Origin: an uncultured Oscillospiraceae bacterium
GTDB taxonomy: Bacteria > Bacillota > Clostridia > Christensenellales > CAG-138
Direction: 5' to 3'
Length of the DNA stretch: 41,215 nt
Assembly (NCBI GenBank): GCA_964552065.1
Contig: CAZKGE010000001.1
Location: 1 to 41,215, forward strand
The notes under the pieces were generated by a model. That model was given only the letters and a program-made list of their open reading frames with translations, was not told the origin of the DNA and searched no databases. Positions 24,842 to 39,706 of the stretch are shown here, piece by piece (the first letter of the stretch is position 1; every line of letters begins with the position of its first letter). The translations under genes and the position numbers were made by a program.

Positions 24842-26041
24842 CTAGTTCCCCCCGTTCTGTCCGGCAAGATAGGTAAGCGCGGCCAGAAGCTGCGCGTCAT
24901 CCGCATGATTCAGCGTCGAGATGTCGACGTATTCGTCCTGTTCGCCGGGCAGTTCGACCAGAATGTCCGGCATGATGCCCACGCCGTGGATGCAGACGCC
25001 GGACGGCGTGAAGTACGCGTCGGTCGTGATCTTCACCCAGCCGCCGTTGCTGTTCAGCCGGAAATAGCTCTGCACGATGCCCTTGCCGAACGTCTGCGTG
25101 CCGATGATGCCGCCCCGGTGATTATCCTGCACTGCGCCGGAGAACATCTCCGAGCCGGAGGCGGAATACCCGTTGACGAGCACCGCGACCGGCAGGTCGA
25201 CGCCCTGCTTCGTCGCCTTATAGACCTTCTCATCGCCCGCGCGGTTGCGCACGGTCGCGATGACCGCGCCCTTGTCGAGCACGCATTCCACGGTGCCGAG
25301 CACCTCGGTCAGGCCGCCGCCGGGGTTGTTGCGCAAATCGATCACGAGCTTTGTCGCGCTCCGGTCGGTCAGGGCCGAGATGGCGCCCGAAAACTCGCTC
25401 ACCACGTCGCCGGCGAACTCCTCGATGCGGATGTAGCCGACGTTATCGTCGAGCAGCTCGTAGTACACGCGCGGCACATGAATCGCGCGGCGCGTGACGG
25501 TCACGGTGTAGGCCTCGTCACCGCGCTGCAGCGTCAATGTGTCGGAGCCACCGGACTCGGTCGAGAACAGCTTAAGCATGTCGGCAAGCGACAGCGCGCC
25601 GACCGGTTTGCCGTTGACCACCGTGATGACGTCGCCCGCGCGGATGCCCGCCTCCTCGGCGGGGCTGTCGGCGTACACCTTGAGAATCAGGCTGCCGACC
25701 GTGTCCGGCTCGGAGACGGACACGCCGATGCCCTCGTACTCCGCGGAATCCTCGGCGAGCAGTTCCTTGTACTCCGCCTCCGTCAGGTACTCCGCGTATA
25801 CGTCGCCGATACCTGCGATCATGCCGCGCAGCGCGTCGTCAACGAGCTTTTTATCGTTCGTCGTGTCGTCCGCAAAATAATAGTTCTTCTCGATCGTCCG
25901 CGCCATCTCGGAAAGCGGCGCGAACGCGGGCTTTTCGTAGATACGCGTAAAGTACAGCGCCGTCAGCAGCGACGAGAGCGCGGCCGTCAATAGGACGGCC
26001 GCGACCGCGAACATGGGAAACCGCCCCTTGGAACCGTTCAA
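24842..26041 (-). CDS. S41-family carboxy-terminal processing protease (Ctp) with PDZ domain
   Basis: N-terminal TM segment, a PDZ region (GIGVSV ... GDVITVVNGKPV), and the catalytic region GYSASGSEMF ... K. The start is either TTG 26041 or ATG 26014. Confidence 0.88.
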   Translation of the reverse strand: MNGSKGRFPMFAVAAVLLTAALSSLLTALYFTRIYEKPAFAPLSEMARTIEKNYYFADDTTNDKKLVDDALRGMIAGIGDVYAEYLTEAEYKELLAEDSAEYEGIGVSVSEPDTVGSLILKVYADSPAEEAGIRAGDVITVVNGKPVGALSLADMLKLFSTESGGSDTLTLQRGDEAYTVTVTRRAIHVPRVYYELLDDNVGYIRIEEFAGDVVSEFSGAISALTDRSATKLVIDLRNNPGGGLTEVLGTVECVLDKGAVIATVRNRAGDEKVYKATKQGVDLPVAVLVNGYSASGSEMFSGAVQDNHRGGIIGTQTFGKGIVQSYFRLNSNGGWVKITTDAYFTPSGVCIHGVGIMPDILVELPGEQDEYVDISTLNHADDAQLLAALTYLAGQNGGN

Positions 26042-26045
26042 AGGA

Positions 26046-27524
26046 TCACCCTTTCCTTACGCCATCGATCACGCGCCGCCGCATATCGGCAAGCTCGCAC
26101 ACGTCCGTGTGCAGCTCGCGTTTGCCGAAAAGCGCGCGTATGCCCTGCGGCACAGGTTTGCTGGTCATGTGGCTGAGCCGCTCCGCGTTGACAAAATCGT
26201 CCGCGCCCGGCGCTTCGAACGCGCCGAGCACGTCCGTGGCGAACTTGAACGGGTTCGCCGTCGAAAGCAGCACCGCCTGTGTACCGTCGGACAGCTCTTC
26301 CCGGTACCGCTCGTAAACCGTCTGGGCCACGGCCGTGTGCGGGTCCATTAAATACCCGGTCCCGTCGAACACGCGGCGGATGGTGCGCAGCGTGTCGTCC
26401 TCGTCGCAGCAGTCCGCAAAGAAAAAGGAGGACAGCTCGCCGAGGCGCTTCTTGCCGATGTCGTAGGCGCCGGTTTCGGCCAGGCTCCGCATCCAGGCCT
26501 TGACCAGCTCGGGATCGCGATCCGCAACCTCGAACAGCAGCCGTTCGAGGTTCGACGAGATCAGGATGTCGATCGAGCAGCTCATGCTCTTAAAGAACGG
26601 CCGGCTCGCGTTGTACACGCCCGTACGGAAAAAGTCCGTTAAAACATTGTTGCGGTTCGACGCTAAGATCAGCCGGTTGACCGGCAGCCCCATGCGCATG
26701 GCGTAGTAGCCCGCGAGGATGTCGCCGAAGTTGCCCGTGGGCACGCAAAAGTTGACAAGCATGCCCTTTTTGATCTTGCCCGAGTCGCACAGCGCGGCAT
26801 ACGCCGAGAAATAATATGCGATCTGCGGCAGCAATCTTCCAAAGTTGATCGAATTCGCGCTCGAAAGCCGCCAGCCAAGCCCCGCAAGCTCCTCCGCCGT
26901 CCGCGCGTCGCGGAAAATCGCTTTCACGCCGGTCTGCGCGTCGTCGAAGTTGCCGCGCACCGCGCACGCGTCGACGTTGCCGCCCTCCTGCGTGACCATC
27001 TGGAGCCGCTGCGCCTCCGAAACGCCGCCGTGCGGATAGAACACGAGCACGCGCGTGCCCGGCACGTCACGAAAGCCTTCCAGCGCGGCCTTTCCGGTGT
27101 CCCCGGACGTCGCCACGAGGATGTAGACGCCGTACGTATCGCCGTTGAGCCGGACCGCCTCCTTCATCAGGTGCGGCAGCATCTGCAGCGCGATGTCCTT
27201 AAACGCCATCGTCGGCCCGTGCCACAGTTCCAGCACGCTCTGCGTTTTCGTCAGCGGCACGAGCGGACACACGCGCGGATCGTCGAAGCTTTTGTACGCG
27301 CTTTCGATCATCGAAAACAGCTTCGTTTTCTCCGTTTCGGCGAGGAACGGGCTCATCACGTCGAACGCGATCGCTTGATAGTGTTCGCCGCGGGACACGA
27401 TTTGTTGCAAATTAAGGGCAGGAAACGACGCAGGCACGAACAGGCCGCCCGACGGGCAGATGCCCATTTCAATCGCCTGCGCCGCATTGGCGGCCGCGCC
27501 GCCGCGCGTGCTGAGATAGTTCAT
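26046..27524 (-). CDS. thrC: Threonine synthase (long, class II type)
   Basis: MNYLSTRG start, PLP-lysine motif HGPTMAFKD, TSGDTG. Length is 492 aa. Confidence 0.93.
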   Translation of the reverse strand: MNYLSTRGGAAANAAQAIEMGICPSGGLFVPASFPALNLQQIVSRGEHYQAIAFDVMSPFLAETEKTKLFSMIESAYKSFDDPRVCPLVPLTKTQSVLELWHGPTMAFKDIALQMLPHLMKEAVRLNGDTYGVYILVATSGDTGKAALEGFRDVPGTRVLVFYPHGGVSEAQRLQMVTQEGGNVDACAVRGNFDDAQTGVKAIFRDARTAEELAGLGWRLSSANSINFGRLLPQIAYYFSAYAALCDSGKIKKGMLVNFCVPTGNFGDILAGYYAMRMGLPVNRLILASNRNNVLTDFFRTGVYNASRPFFKSMSCSIDILISSNLERLLFEVADRDPELVKAWMRSLAETGAYDIGKKRLGELSSFFFADCCDEDDTLRTIRRVFDGTGYLMDPHTAVAQTVYERYREELSDGTQAVLLSTANPFKFATDVLGAFEAPGADDFVNAERLSHMTSKPVPQGIRALFGKRELHTDVCELADMRRRVIDGVRKG

Positions 27525-27545
27525 GAACGTCCGTCCTTAAAAAGA

Positions 27546-27965
27546 TTAGGTCAAATGCAGCAGATATTTCTTCATAAACGGCGGCAGATCGGCCTGCGAG
27601 CCGCTTACGCTCATCGTCACGTCGAGTCCGCGCTGGGCCGTAAACGCGTCGAGCTGCTCGAACAGCTCCGAAAGCGTGGCCAGCTCCACCTGGATAAATC
27701 GCATCAGTCCGTCGATAAAGATATGCTCGAGATCAAAATCGGAAGCCGCGATACCGCACAGAAATCCGTACAGCATGCGCGGCGACGTAATGTGGTATTC
27801 CTTCGCGTTGATAAAGCGGATGTTGGAGTTGAGGTCGAACATGTAGCTGTTGTCGTCGTCGATGAAAACGATGCTGCCGCGCGCTTCTGCGGCGGCCCTG
27901 TTTGCCAGCTCAAGGATGTGCTTCGTCTTGCCGGTGCCCTTCTGACCAAAGATGACTCCAATCAA
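27546..27965 (-). CDS. Uncharacterised minimal P-loop ATPase (139 aa), first gene of the thrC operon
   Basis: TTG start with AGGAGG 9 nt upstream. Walker A GQKGTGKT (residues 7-14), acidic strand VFIDDD (33-38), and a second hhhhD strand IFIDGL (82-87). I recognise no other family signature. Confidence 0.7.
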   Translation of the reverse strand: MIGVIFGQKGTGKTKHILELANRAAAEARGSIVFIDDDNSYMFDLNSNIRFINAKEYHITSPRMLYGFLCGIAASDFDLEHIFIDGLMRFIQVELATLSELFEQLDAFTAQRGLDVTMSVSGSQADLPPFMKKYLLHLT

Positions 27966-27993
27966 GGTCGGGTTCCTCCTATCGCTTTTTTTT

Positions 27994-28023
27994 ATTATAG
28001 ACCGATTTGACCGCGCCCTGCAA
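27994..28023 (-). promoter_or_regulatory. Sigma-A-type promoter for the P-loop ATPase-thrC-ctp-ahcY operon (TTGCAG-18 nt-TATAAT)
   Basis: Minus strand: -35 TTGCAG (28018-23), -10 TATAAT (27994-99). Confidence 0.6.
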
Positions 28024-28101
28024 GATGAGCGAAGAAAAGTTTGCGGATGCGGCGAAATTTATTCCCGGCCGCTGCGGCAGCTTTGCCCGACCTTTTTCCG
28101 A

Positions 28102-28130
28102 TTGTCCGCGCCCGCGCGGTATGCTATACT
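28102..28130 (+). promoter_or_regulatory. Sigma-A-type promoter for pcrA-ligA (TTGTCC-17 nt-TGcTATACT)
   Basis: -35 TTGTCC (28102-07), 17-nt spacer, extended -10 TGcTATACT (28122-30). A 27-nt leader carries SD GGGGGAAG. Confidence 0.6.
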
Positions 28131-28157
28131 GCTTTTGACCGCTCATCTGGGGGAAGT

Positions 28158-33308
<5,151 letters not shown>

Positions 33309-33370
33309 CGCTTTTCCCTTGTATTTGCCGTCGGGCTATGATAAAGTTAACAGTTGTAATTTGGGGGTAA

Positions 33371-34252
33371 ATGCGGATGCGCAGCATGACCGGCTATGGA
33401 AAAGGAACGCATAGCGCCGACGGGCGTGAGCTGACGGTGGAACTAAAGTCCGTCAACCACCGCTACCTCGACGTTTCCATGCGCCTTCCGCGGCACCTCT
33501 CCTTCCTCGAGGACGTGTTCCGAACGATGCTGTCCGAGCGGCTCGCGCGCGGGCACGTGGACGTGTACGTCGGCTACCGCAACACGCGCTCCGACGCGCG
33601 GACCGTGCGCATCGACACGGACCTGCTGTCCGCCTATGTCGCCTCTGCGCGCGCGGCCAACGCCATGCTTTCGCTGCAGGACGACCTCACGCTGTCGAAC
33701 TGCCTGCGGCTGCCGGACGTGGCCGAGATCGCCGAAGCCGACGAGGACCGCGAGGCCGTATCCGCCGTCGCGCGCAATGCGTTGGAGCTTGCCGTCGCGG
33801 AGCTGATCGGTATGCGCGAGCTCGAGGGCGAGCGGCTGAAAACCGACCTTTCCGCCCGGAACGAAACATTGCTCGCACTGGCCGAGGAGATCGCGCTGCG
33901 CGCGCCGTGTGTCGTCGAGGAATATCGCCAGAAGCTGACCGAGCGCGTCGAGCAGTTGCTTGGCAGCGTCGAAATCGACCGCGCGCGGCTGGCCACGGAG
34001 GTCGCGCTGTTTGCGGACCGCGCGAGCATCGACGAAGAAATCGTGCGGCTGCGCAGCCACGCCGCGCAGATGCGGCTGCTGCTGGCCGACAGCGAGCCCG
34101 CCGGCCGCAAGCTGGACTTCGTCGTGCAGGAGATGAACCGGGAGTTCAACACGATCGGCTCCAAGGCCAACGACGGCGAGCTGACCCGCCGCGTGCTGCT
34201 CGCCAAGGCGGAGATCGAGAAGATCCGCGAGCAGGTGCAGAATATCGAGTAG
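33371..34252 (+). CDS. yicC: YicC/YloC-family endoribonuclease
   Basis: The MRSMTGYG start motif, a coiled-coil middle, and C-terminal EMNREFNTIGSKAN. Length is 293 aa. Confidence 0.9.
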   Translation: MRMRSMTGYGKGTHSADGRELTVELKSVNHRYLDVSMRLPRHLSFLEDVFRTMLSERLARGHVDVYVGYRNTRSDARTVRIDTDLLSAYVASARAANAMLSLQDDLTLSNCLRLPDVAEIAEADEDREAVSAVARNALELAVAELIGMRELEGERLKTDLSARNETLLALAEEIALRAPCVVEEYRQKLTERVEQLLGSVEIDRARLATEVALFADRASIDEEIVRLRSHAAQMRLLLADSEPAGRKLDFVVQEMNREFNTIGSKANDGELTRRVLLAKAEIEKIREQVQNIE

Positions 34253-34356
34253 ACCACCCGCCTCTCTCTGGAAAACCCGGCGTTTACTGGCGGAACGCGC
34301 CAAAACGGGCGCCGAACTATAAATAACAGGATGTGCATCGTCCGAAGGAGAAACCC

Positions 34357-34617
34357 ATGAGCTTTCGGCTTGTCAATATCGGCTTTGGAAACATCGTCTC
34401 CGGCGGCCGCGTAATCGCGATCGTCAGCCCGGAGTCCGCGCCGATCAAGCGCATCGTGCAGGAGGCCCGCGAGAACGGCCGCTTAATCGACGCCACCTGC
34501 GGAAGGCGCACGCGCGCCGTCGTCATCACGGACAGCGACCACGTGATCCTCTCCGCCATACAGCCCGAGACCGTGGCCAACCGCCTCGACTCCAAGCTCG
34601 ACGAACCCGAGGAGTAG
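34357..34617 (+). CDS. remA: Extracellular matrix / biofilm regulator RemA (DUF370)
   Basis: [69 protein letters not shown] is near-canonical RemA. ATG 34357 has SD GAAGGAG. Confidence 0.92.
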   Translation: MSFRLVNIGFGNIVSGGRVIAIVSPESAPIKRIVQEARENGRLIDATCGRRTRAVVITDSDHVILSAIQPETVANRLDSKLDEPEE

Positions 34618-34626
34618 CTTAGAACT

Positions 34627-35265
34627 ATGCCCGAACCCGTCGAAAAGCGCAGCGGACTTCTGATCGTCGTTTCCGGCCCCGCCGGCGTCGGCAAGGGCAC
34701 GATCGACGGAAGACTTTTATCGCGCCATCCGAACATGGTGCTGTCCGTGTCCGCCACAACGCGAAAACCCCGCCCCTGCGAGGTCGACGGCGTGCATTAC
34801 TCGTTCATCAGCGAGGCGGAGTTTTGCAAACGGATCGAGGAGGACGCGTTCCTTGAGCACATGCGCGTGTTCGACACGGACTACTACGGCACACCCAAGG
34901 AGCCGGTGCTGCGGCACCTGTCCGAGGGGCGCGATGTGCTGCTCGAGATCGACGTGCAGGGCGCAATGCGCGTGCGCGAGAAATTCCCGGAAGCCGTGCT
35001 GGTGTTCATCGCCCCGCCGGACATGAACACGCTGAAAAAGCGATTGATCGGACGGCACACGGAGTCCGCGGAGTCCATCGAACGGCGGTTTGCCACGGCG
35101 CACGCCGAACTGAAATATATCGACCGGTACGATTATATCGTGCTGAATGAGGATATCGACATTGCCGTGATCCGGATGGAGAGCATCGTCTGCTCCGAAA
35201 AATGCCGCATCTTGCGCAACCGGTACCTCGTCGAACGACTGACAAAAGGAGTGATTGAATTATGA
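34627..35265 (+). CDS. gmk: Guanylate kinase
   Basis: P-loop GPAGVGKGT, SATTRKPR, GVHYSF, and the lid region. Confidence 0.93.
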   Translation: MPEPVEKRSGLLIVVSGPAGVGKGTIDGRLLSRHPNMVLSVSATTRKPRPCEVDGVHYSFISEAEFCKRIEEDAFLEHMRVFDTDYYGTPKEPVLRHLSEGRDVLLEIDVQGAMRVREKFPEAVLVFIAPPDMNTLKKRLIGRHTESAESIERRFATAHAELKYIDRYDYIVLNEDIDIAVIRMESIVCSEKCRILRNRYLVERLTKGVIEL

Positions 35266-35462
35266 TGAATCTACCGCTCAACGAACTGGTGAAAAAGACC
35301 GGGTGCCGTTATATGCTCGTGACCGCCGTTTCGCAGCGCGCAAGACAGCTGCAGGCGGATCCGGACAAGCTCGGAGAACGCAAACCCGTATCAGTCGCGG
35401 TGGATGAGCTCTATCATGGTAAGCTGACGCTCGAATTTCCCAAAGAGTATTATCAGGATTAG
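35262..35462 (+). CDS. rpoZ: DNA-directed RNA polymerase subunit omega
   Basis: 66 aa with RYMLVTAVSQRARQL. The start overlaps the gmk stop (ATGA). The gmk-rpoZ order is conserved. Confidence 0.88.
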   Translation: MMNLPLNELVKKTGCRYMLVTAVSQRARQLQADPDKLGERKPVSVAVDELYHGKLTLEFPKEYYQD

Positions 35463-35505
35463 CGGCTGACCGAAAAAGACTCTATAACGGTTTGACGTTC
35501 TTCTG

Positions 35506-35533
35506 AGCCCGCTTGCGGGCTATTATGTGTTTT
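35506..35533 (+). terminator. Weak intrinsic terminator or attenuator after rpoZ
   Basis: AGCCCG-CTTG-CGGGCT (6-bp stem) followed by an interrupted T-rich tail ATTATGTGTTTT. Confidence 0.4.
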
Positions 35534-35578
35534 GGAAAAACTCCGCCATAGCCGTCATATAAAGGGGGGTGAACGCCT

Positions 35579-37837
35579 GTGTATTGCAAGGTGCTTGTGG
35601 ACATCGCGCACGCGAACGTGGACCGGCTGTTCACCTACGCTTTTGCGGAAGGGACCGCCGTCGTGCCCGGCGCGCACGTGCTCGTACCGTTCGGCGGCGG
35701 CAACCGGGCAAAGGAGGGCTTCGTGCTCTCCGTCTCGGAGCAAAACGATGCGAACGTAGCCACAAAGGACGTGCTGCGCGTGCTCGAACCCTTCCCCGTG
35801 CTGCTGCCCGACCAGATCGAGCTGGCTTACTGGCTCAAAAACAGCTACGATTGTCTGCTCGTCGACGCGCTGCGGCTGATGATCCCGCCCATGCTGCGCG
35901 GACAGCGCGCGCATGAGAAGATCGAGCGCACGGTCGCTGTCGCGCCGGGCCGCGACGGGAACGAACTGCTTGCCTCGCTGCTCGACAAGAGCGGCAAAAA
36001 GCGCGCAATAAAGCAGTACGAGGTGCTCGAACTGCTGATTACGACCGGGCTGACCATGTCCGTTTCCGACGTGTCCGCCTGCGTGCCGAACGCCGCCCCG
36101 GCGATCCGCGCGCTGATTGAGCGCGGATACCTTGTGGAGAGCGGGCATGTGACGTTCCGCATGCCGATGGCCGGCGCGGTCACGTCCGACCGCGAGGTAG
36201 CGCTTACAAGCGCGCAGCTCGCCGCGGTCAAAGCGGTGTCGGACGCCATTGCCGCCGCAAAAGCGGACACCTTCCTGCTGCACGGCGTGACCGGCTCCGG
36301 CAAGACGGAGGTCTACATGCGCTGCATCCGCGCCTGCCTCGATAACGGCAAAAACGCGGTCCTGCTCGTGCCGGAGATCTCGCTGACCCCGCAGACCGTG
36401 GCGTTGTTCCGCGCCAGGTTCGGTGACGAGATCGCTGTGCTGCACAGCAAGCTCTCCGACGGCGAACGCTACGACGAGTGGCGGCGCATCCGGCTCGGCC
36501 GCGCGCGCGTGGCCGTCGGCGCGCGCAGCGCGATCTTCGCGCCCATGCCCGATATCGGCCTGATCGTCGTGGACGAAGAGCACGAGACGAGCTACCAGAG
36601 CGAGATCTCGCCGCGCTACCAAGCGGTGGACGTTGCGGCAAAGCGCGCGCTGCTCGCCTCGGCTCCGCTGCTGCTCGGGAGCGCCACGCCGCAGCTGTTG
36701 AGCTACTACCGCGCCACGACCGGCCGCTACCGGCTGCTGCGCTTGCCGGACCGCGTGCAGAAACGTCCATTGCCCGAGGTCGAGATCGTCGACATGCGCG
36801 AGGAGTTCCTCTCGGGCAACAACGGCATATTCAGCGCGCGGCTGACCGAGTTGCTGCAAAGCTGCTTTGCAAAGTCGCAGCAGGCGATGCTGTTTTTAAA
36901 CCGCCGCGGCTACAGCACATTCGTCTCCTGCCGCGCCTGCGGCGCCGTCGTGGAGTGCGAGAACTGCGACCTCTCGATGACGTACCACAAGCTCGAGGAC
37001 CGCATGGAGTGCCATTTCTGCGGCAACAGCAAGAGCGTTCCGCGCGTGTGCCCGAGCTGCAAAAAGCCGTTTATCAAGTACTTCGGCATCGGCACCGAGC
37101 AGGTGGAGGAGCAGGCAAAGAAGCTCTTTCCCGGCGTCAACGCGCTGCGCATGGACACGGACACGGTGCGCGGCAAGAACGACGCGCAGACCATACTCGC
37201 GGCATTTGCCTCCGGAGAAGCGCAGCTCCTCATCGGCACGCAGATGATCGCAAAGGGCCTGGACTTTCCCAACGTGACGCTCGTCGGCGTGGTTGCCGCC
37301 GACAGCATGCTGCGCTTCCCCGACTACCGCAGCACGGAGCGCACGTTTCAGCTTTTGACGCAGGTGGCCGGCCGCGCGGGACGCGACAGCTCCCCCGGCC
37401 GCGTGGTGATACAGACCTACTCGCCGAATCACCCCGCGATCCGCTTCGCCAAAAGCCACGACTACGAGGGATTCTTCCGCTACGAGCTGCTGGAGCGGCA
37501 GAAGGCGCTGTTCCCGCCGTTTTCGCTCTTTCTTCGCGTCCTGTTCACGGGACCGGACGAAAAGCAGGTGTTCACCTCCGGCGAAGACTGCGGCAAAGCG
37601 CTCGAAGCCGAAATTCGCGCCCTGCTCGGCAGGGACGCGGACCGGGACCTTTTGATGATCTCGGCCTCCCCCGCCCCGGTGAAGCGAAAGAATCGCGATT
37701 ACCGGTACCAGGTGCTCGTCAAGCTCCTGCGCACCGAGAACACCGCGCGTGTCATACGGTTTGTCTACGAGTTTATGCGCGAGCGCCGAAACGAGGCGTT
37801 TGCGTGCGTCGAGATCAACCCGCAGGACATGCTCTGA
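35579..37837 (+). CDS. priA: Primosomal replication restart helicase PriA
   Basis: GTG start with SD GGGGGGTG. Walker A GVTGSGKT, DEEHE, and a Cys-rich zinc-binding insert (CRACG ... CENC ... CHFCG ... CPSC). Confidence 0.93.
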   Translation: MYCKVLVDIAHANVDRLFTYAFAEGTAVVPGAHVLVPFGGGNRAKEGFVLSVSEQNDANVATKDVLRVLEPFPVLLPDQIELAYWLKNSYDCLLVDALRLMIPPMLRGQRAHEKIERTVAVAPGRDGNELLASLLDKSGKKRAIKQYEVLELLITTGLTMSVSDVSACVPNAAPAIRALIERGYLVESGHVTFRMPMAGAVTSDREVALTSAQLAAVKAVSDAIAAAKADTFLLHGVTGSGKTEVYMRCIRACLDNGKNAVLLVPEISLTPQTVALFRARFGDEIAVLHSKLSDGERYDEWRRIRLGRARVAVGARSAIFAPMPDIGLIVVDEEHETSYQSEISPRYQAVDVAAKRALLASAPLLLGSATPQLLSYYRATTGRYRLLRLPDRVQKRPLPEVEIVDMREEFLSGNNGIFSARLTELLQSCFAKSQQAMLFLNRRGYSTFVSCRACGAVVECENCDLSMTYHKLEDRMECHFCGNSKSVPRVCPSCKKPFIKYFGIGTEQVEEQAKKLFPGVNALRMDTDTVRGKNDAQTILAAFASGEAQLLIGTQMIAKGLDFPNVTLVGVVAADSMLRFPDYRSTERTFQLLTQVAGRAGRDSSPGRVVIQTYSPNHPAIRFAKSHDYEGFFRYELLERQKALFPPFSLFLRVLFTGPDEKQVFTSGEDCGKALEAEIRALLGRDADRDLLMISASPAPVKRKNRDYRYQVLVKLLRTENTARVIRFVYEFMRERRNEAFACVEINPQDML

Positions 37838-37858
37838 CAAGAAATATAAAGGGATAAT

Positions 37859-39706
37859 ATGGAAAATAAAGAAAACCAATCCTCCGTACGCCGCAAAACG
37901 AACTGGAAGCTGATCGGTTCGCTGACCAAGGGGTACTGGCCGCACCTGATTGCCGGCGCGGTCAGCGTGTTCCTCGCGGCCGCGGCCTCGTTTGCGGCTC
38001 CTTTTGTGACGAGCTTTACGCTCGACTATGTGATCAAGGGCATGGCCGTCCGCATGCCCGCGTTCCTGGGCAACTGGCTTGACGCGCTCGGCGGCCGCGA
38101 ATACCTCTCGTCGCACCTGTACCTGTGCGCGATCGCGTTCGTGCTGTTCACGCTGTTCAACGGCTTCTTTGCGTTCTGGCGCAGGCGCGAGACCGCGTTT
38201 GCGTGCGAGGGCATGGCCAAGCGCACGCGCGACCGGCTGTACCGCCACCTTGAGGACGTGCCCTACGACTATCACAAGCACTCGAGCACGGGCGACCTTG
38301 TGCAGCGCTGCTCGTCGGACGTGGAGACCGTGCGCCGGTTCGTGTCCGTCCAGCTGATGGAGGTCGTGCGCACGATCGTCATGGTCGCCGTGGCCGTCAC
38401 GGTCATGTACTCGATCCACGTGAAGATGGCGGTCTTCTCGACCGCCGTGCTGCCGCTGCTGACCGCAAGCTCGTTTGTGTACTTCCGGTACGTGCGCAAG
38501 TACTTCACGACGTCCGACGAGGCCGAGGGCGAGCTCTCGACGTTTCTGCAGGAGGACCTGACCGGTATCCGCGTCGTGCGCGCGTTCGGCCAGCAGGCTT
38601 CTCAGGTCGAGAAGTTCACCGCGCTCAACGCTTCGTTCCGTGAAAAAACGTACCGGCTGATCCGTCTGCTCGGCTTCTACTGGGGCTTTTCGGATATGGC
38701 CGGGTACGTCCAGATTCTCCTGTCGCTGTGCGCGGGCGTGCACTACGCCGCGACGAGCGGCTTCACGCTCGGTAACGTGACGCTGTTTGCCACGTACACC
38801 GGTATGCTGACCTGGCCCATGCGCCAGCTCGGCCGTATCCTGGCCGACCTCGGCAAGGCGTCCGTCTCGCTCGGCCGTTTGGACGAGATATTTGAGGCGC
38901 AGCTCGAAAAGGAGCCCGGCAAGGCGCTCGGAGCGGACATGAGCGGCGACATCGTGTTCGACCGCGTGTGCTTTGGGTACGACCGGTTCAACGACGTGCT
39001 CGACGACGTGAGCTTCACGGCCCGCCGCGGCCAGACCGTCGCGATCCTCGGCTCGACCGGCTCGGGCAAGTCGAGTCTTGTGCAGCTTCTGCAGCGGCTC
39101 TACCAGTGCACGTCGGGCCGGATCACGATCAACGGCACGGACATCAACGACATCGAGCACGGGCACCTTCGCCGCAACATCGGCATCGTGCTGCAGGAGC
39201 CGTTCCTGTACTCGCGCACGCTTCTCGAGAACATCCGCATCGTCAACCCCGCGGCCTCTCTCGAGGAGGTGTACGACGTGGCGCGCGTGGCGTCCGTGCA
39301 CAATGTGATCCTGGAGTTCGACAAGGGCTACGAGACGCTCGTCGGCGAGCGCGGCGTCACGCTGTCCGGCGGCCAGCAGCAGCGCGTCGCCATCGCGCGG
39401 ACGCTGATGCAGAAAGCGCCGATTTTGATCTTCGACGACTCGATGAGCGCCGTGGACACGGAGACGGACGCGGAGATTCGTAAATCCCTGCAGTCGCTTC
39501 GGCACGACGGCATTACGTTCATCATCTCGCACCGCATCACGACGCTGTGCGAGGCGGACGTGATACTCGTGCTCGAGAACGGAAAGCTCGTGCAGCAGGG
39601 CACCCACAACGAGCTCATGCGGCAGGACGGAATGTACCGGCGCATCGCCGAAATTCAGGACATGGCGCGCGAGTTTGCCACCGCCCCGGAAGGAGGCGAA
39701 AGATAG
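37859..39706 (+). CDS. ABC exporter fused permease/ATPase, subunit 1 of a putative heterodimer (degenerate Walker B acid)
   Basis: Six-TM type I exporter domain. Walker A GSTGSGKSS, signature LSGGQQQR, Walker B ILIFDDS (Asp where the catalytic Glu is expected), H-loop SHR. Confidence 0.9.
   Translation: MENKENQSSVRRKTNWKLIGSLTKGYWPHLIAGAVSVFLAAAASFAAPFVTSFTLDYVIKGMAVRMPAFLGNWLDALGGREYLSSHLYLCAIAFVLFTLFNGFFAFWRRRETAFACEGMAKRTRDRLYRHLEDVPYDYHKHSSTGDLVQRCSSDVETVRRFVSVQLMEVVRTIVMVAVAVTVMYSIHVKMAVFSTAVLPLLTASSFVYFRYVRKYFTTSDEAEGELSTFLQEDLTGIRVVRAFGQQASQVEKFTALNASFREKTYRLIRLLGFYWGFSDMAGYVQILLSLCAGVHYAATSGFTLGNVTLFATYTGMLTWPMRQLGRILADLGKASVSLGRLDEIFEAQLEKEPGKALGADMSGDIVFDRVCFGYDRFNDVLDDVSFTARRGQTVAILGSTGSGKSSLVQLLQRLYQCTSGRITINGTDINDIEHGHLRRNIGIVLQEPFLYSRTLLENIRIVNPAASLEEVYDVARVASVHNVILEFDKGYETLVGERGVTLSGGQQQRVAIARTLMQKAPILIFDDSMSAVDTETDAEIRKSLQSLRHDGITFIISHRITTLCEADVILVLENGKLVQQGTHNELMRQDGMYRRIAEIQDMAREFATAPEGGER

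Noticed and set aside
28041-28157. Upstream extensions of pcrA. Similar extensions occur for ligA (30322-30390), mutS2 (6931-6975), the EF-G-like gene (23467-23517), remA (34333-34356) and maf (18610-18627) in the ORF track.
   Set aside because: The extensions run through promoter, SD or upstream-gene sequence and are Arg-rich. In each case the conserved family N-terminus begins at the internal ATG, which has a proper SD.
35463-35578. A possible missing gene (coaBC) between rpoZ and priA, relative to the Bacillus gene order.
   Set aside because: The gap is only 116 nt, holds a weak hairpin and the priA SD, and shows no ORF remnant. This is simple synteny variation, not a pseudogene.
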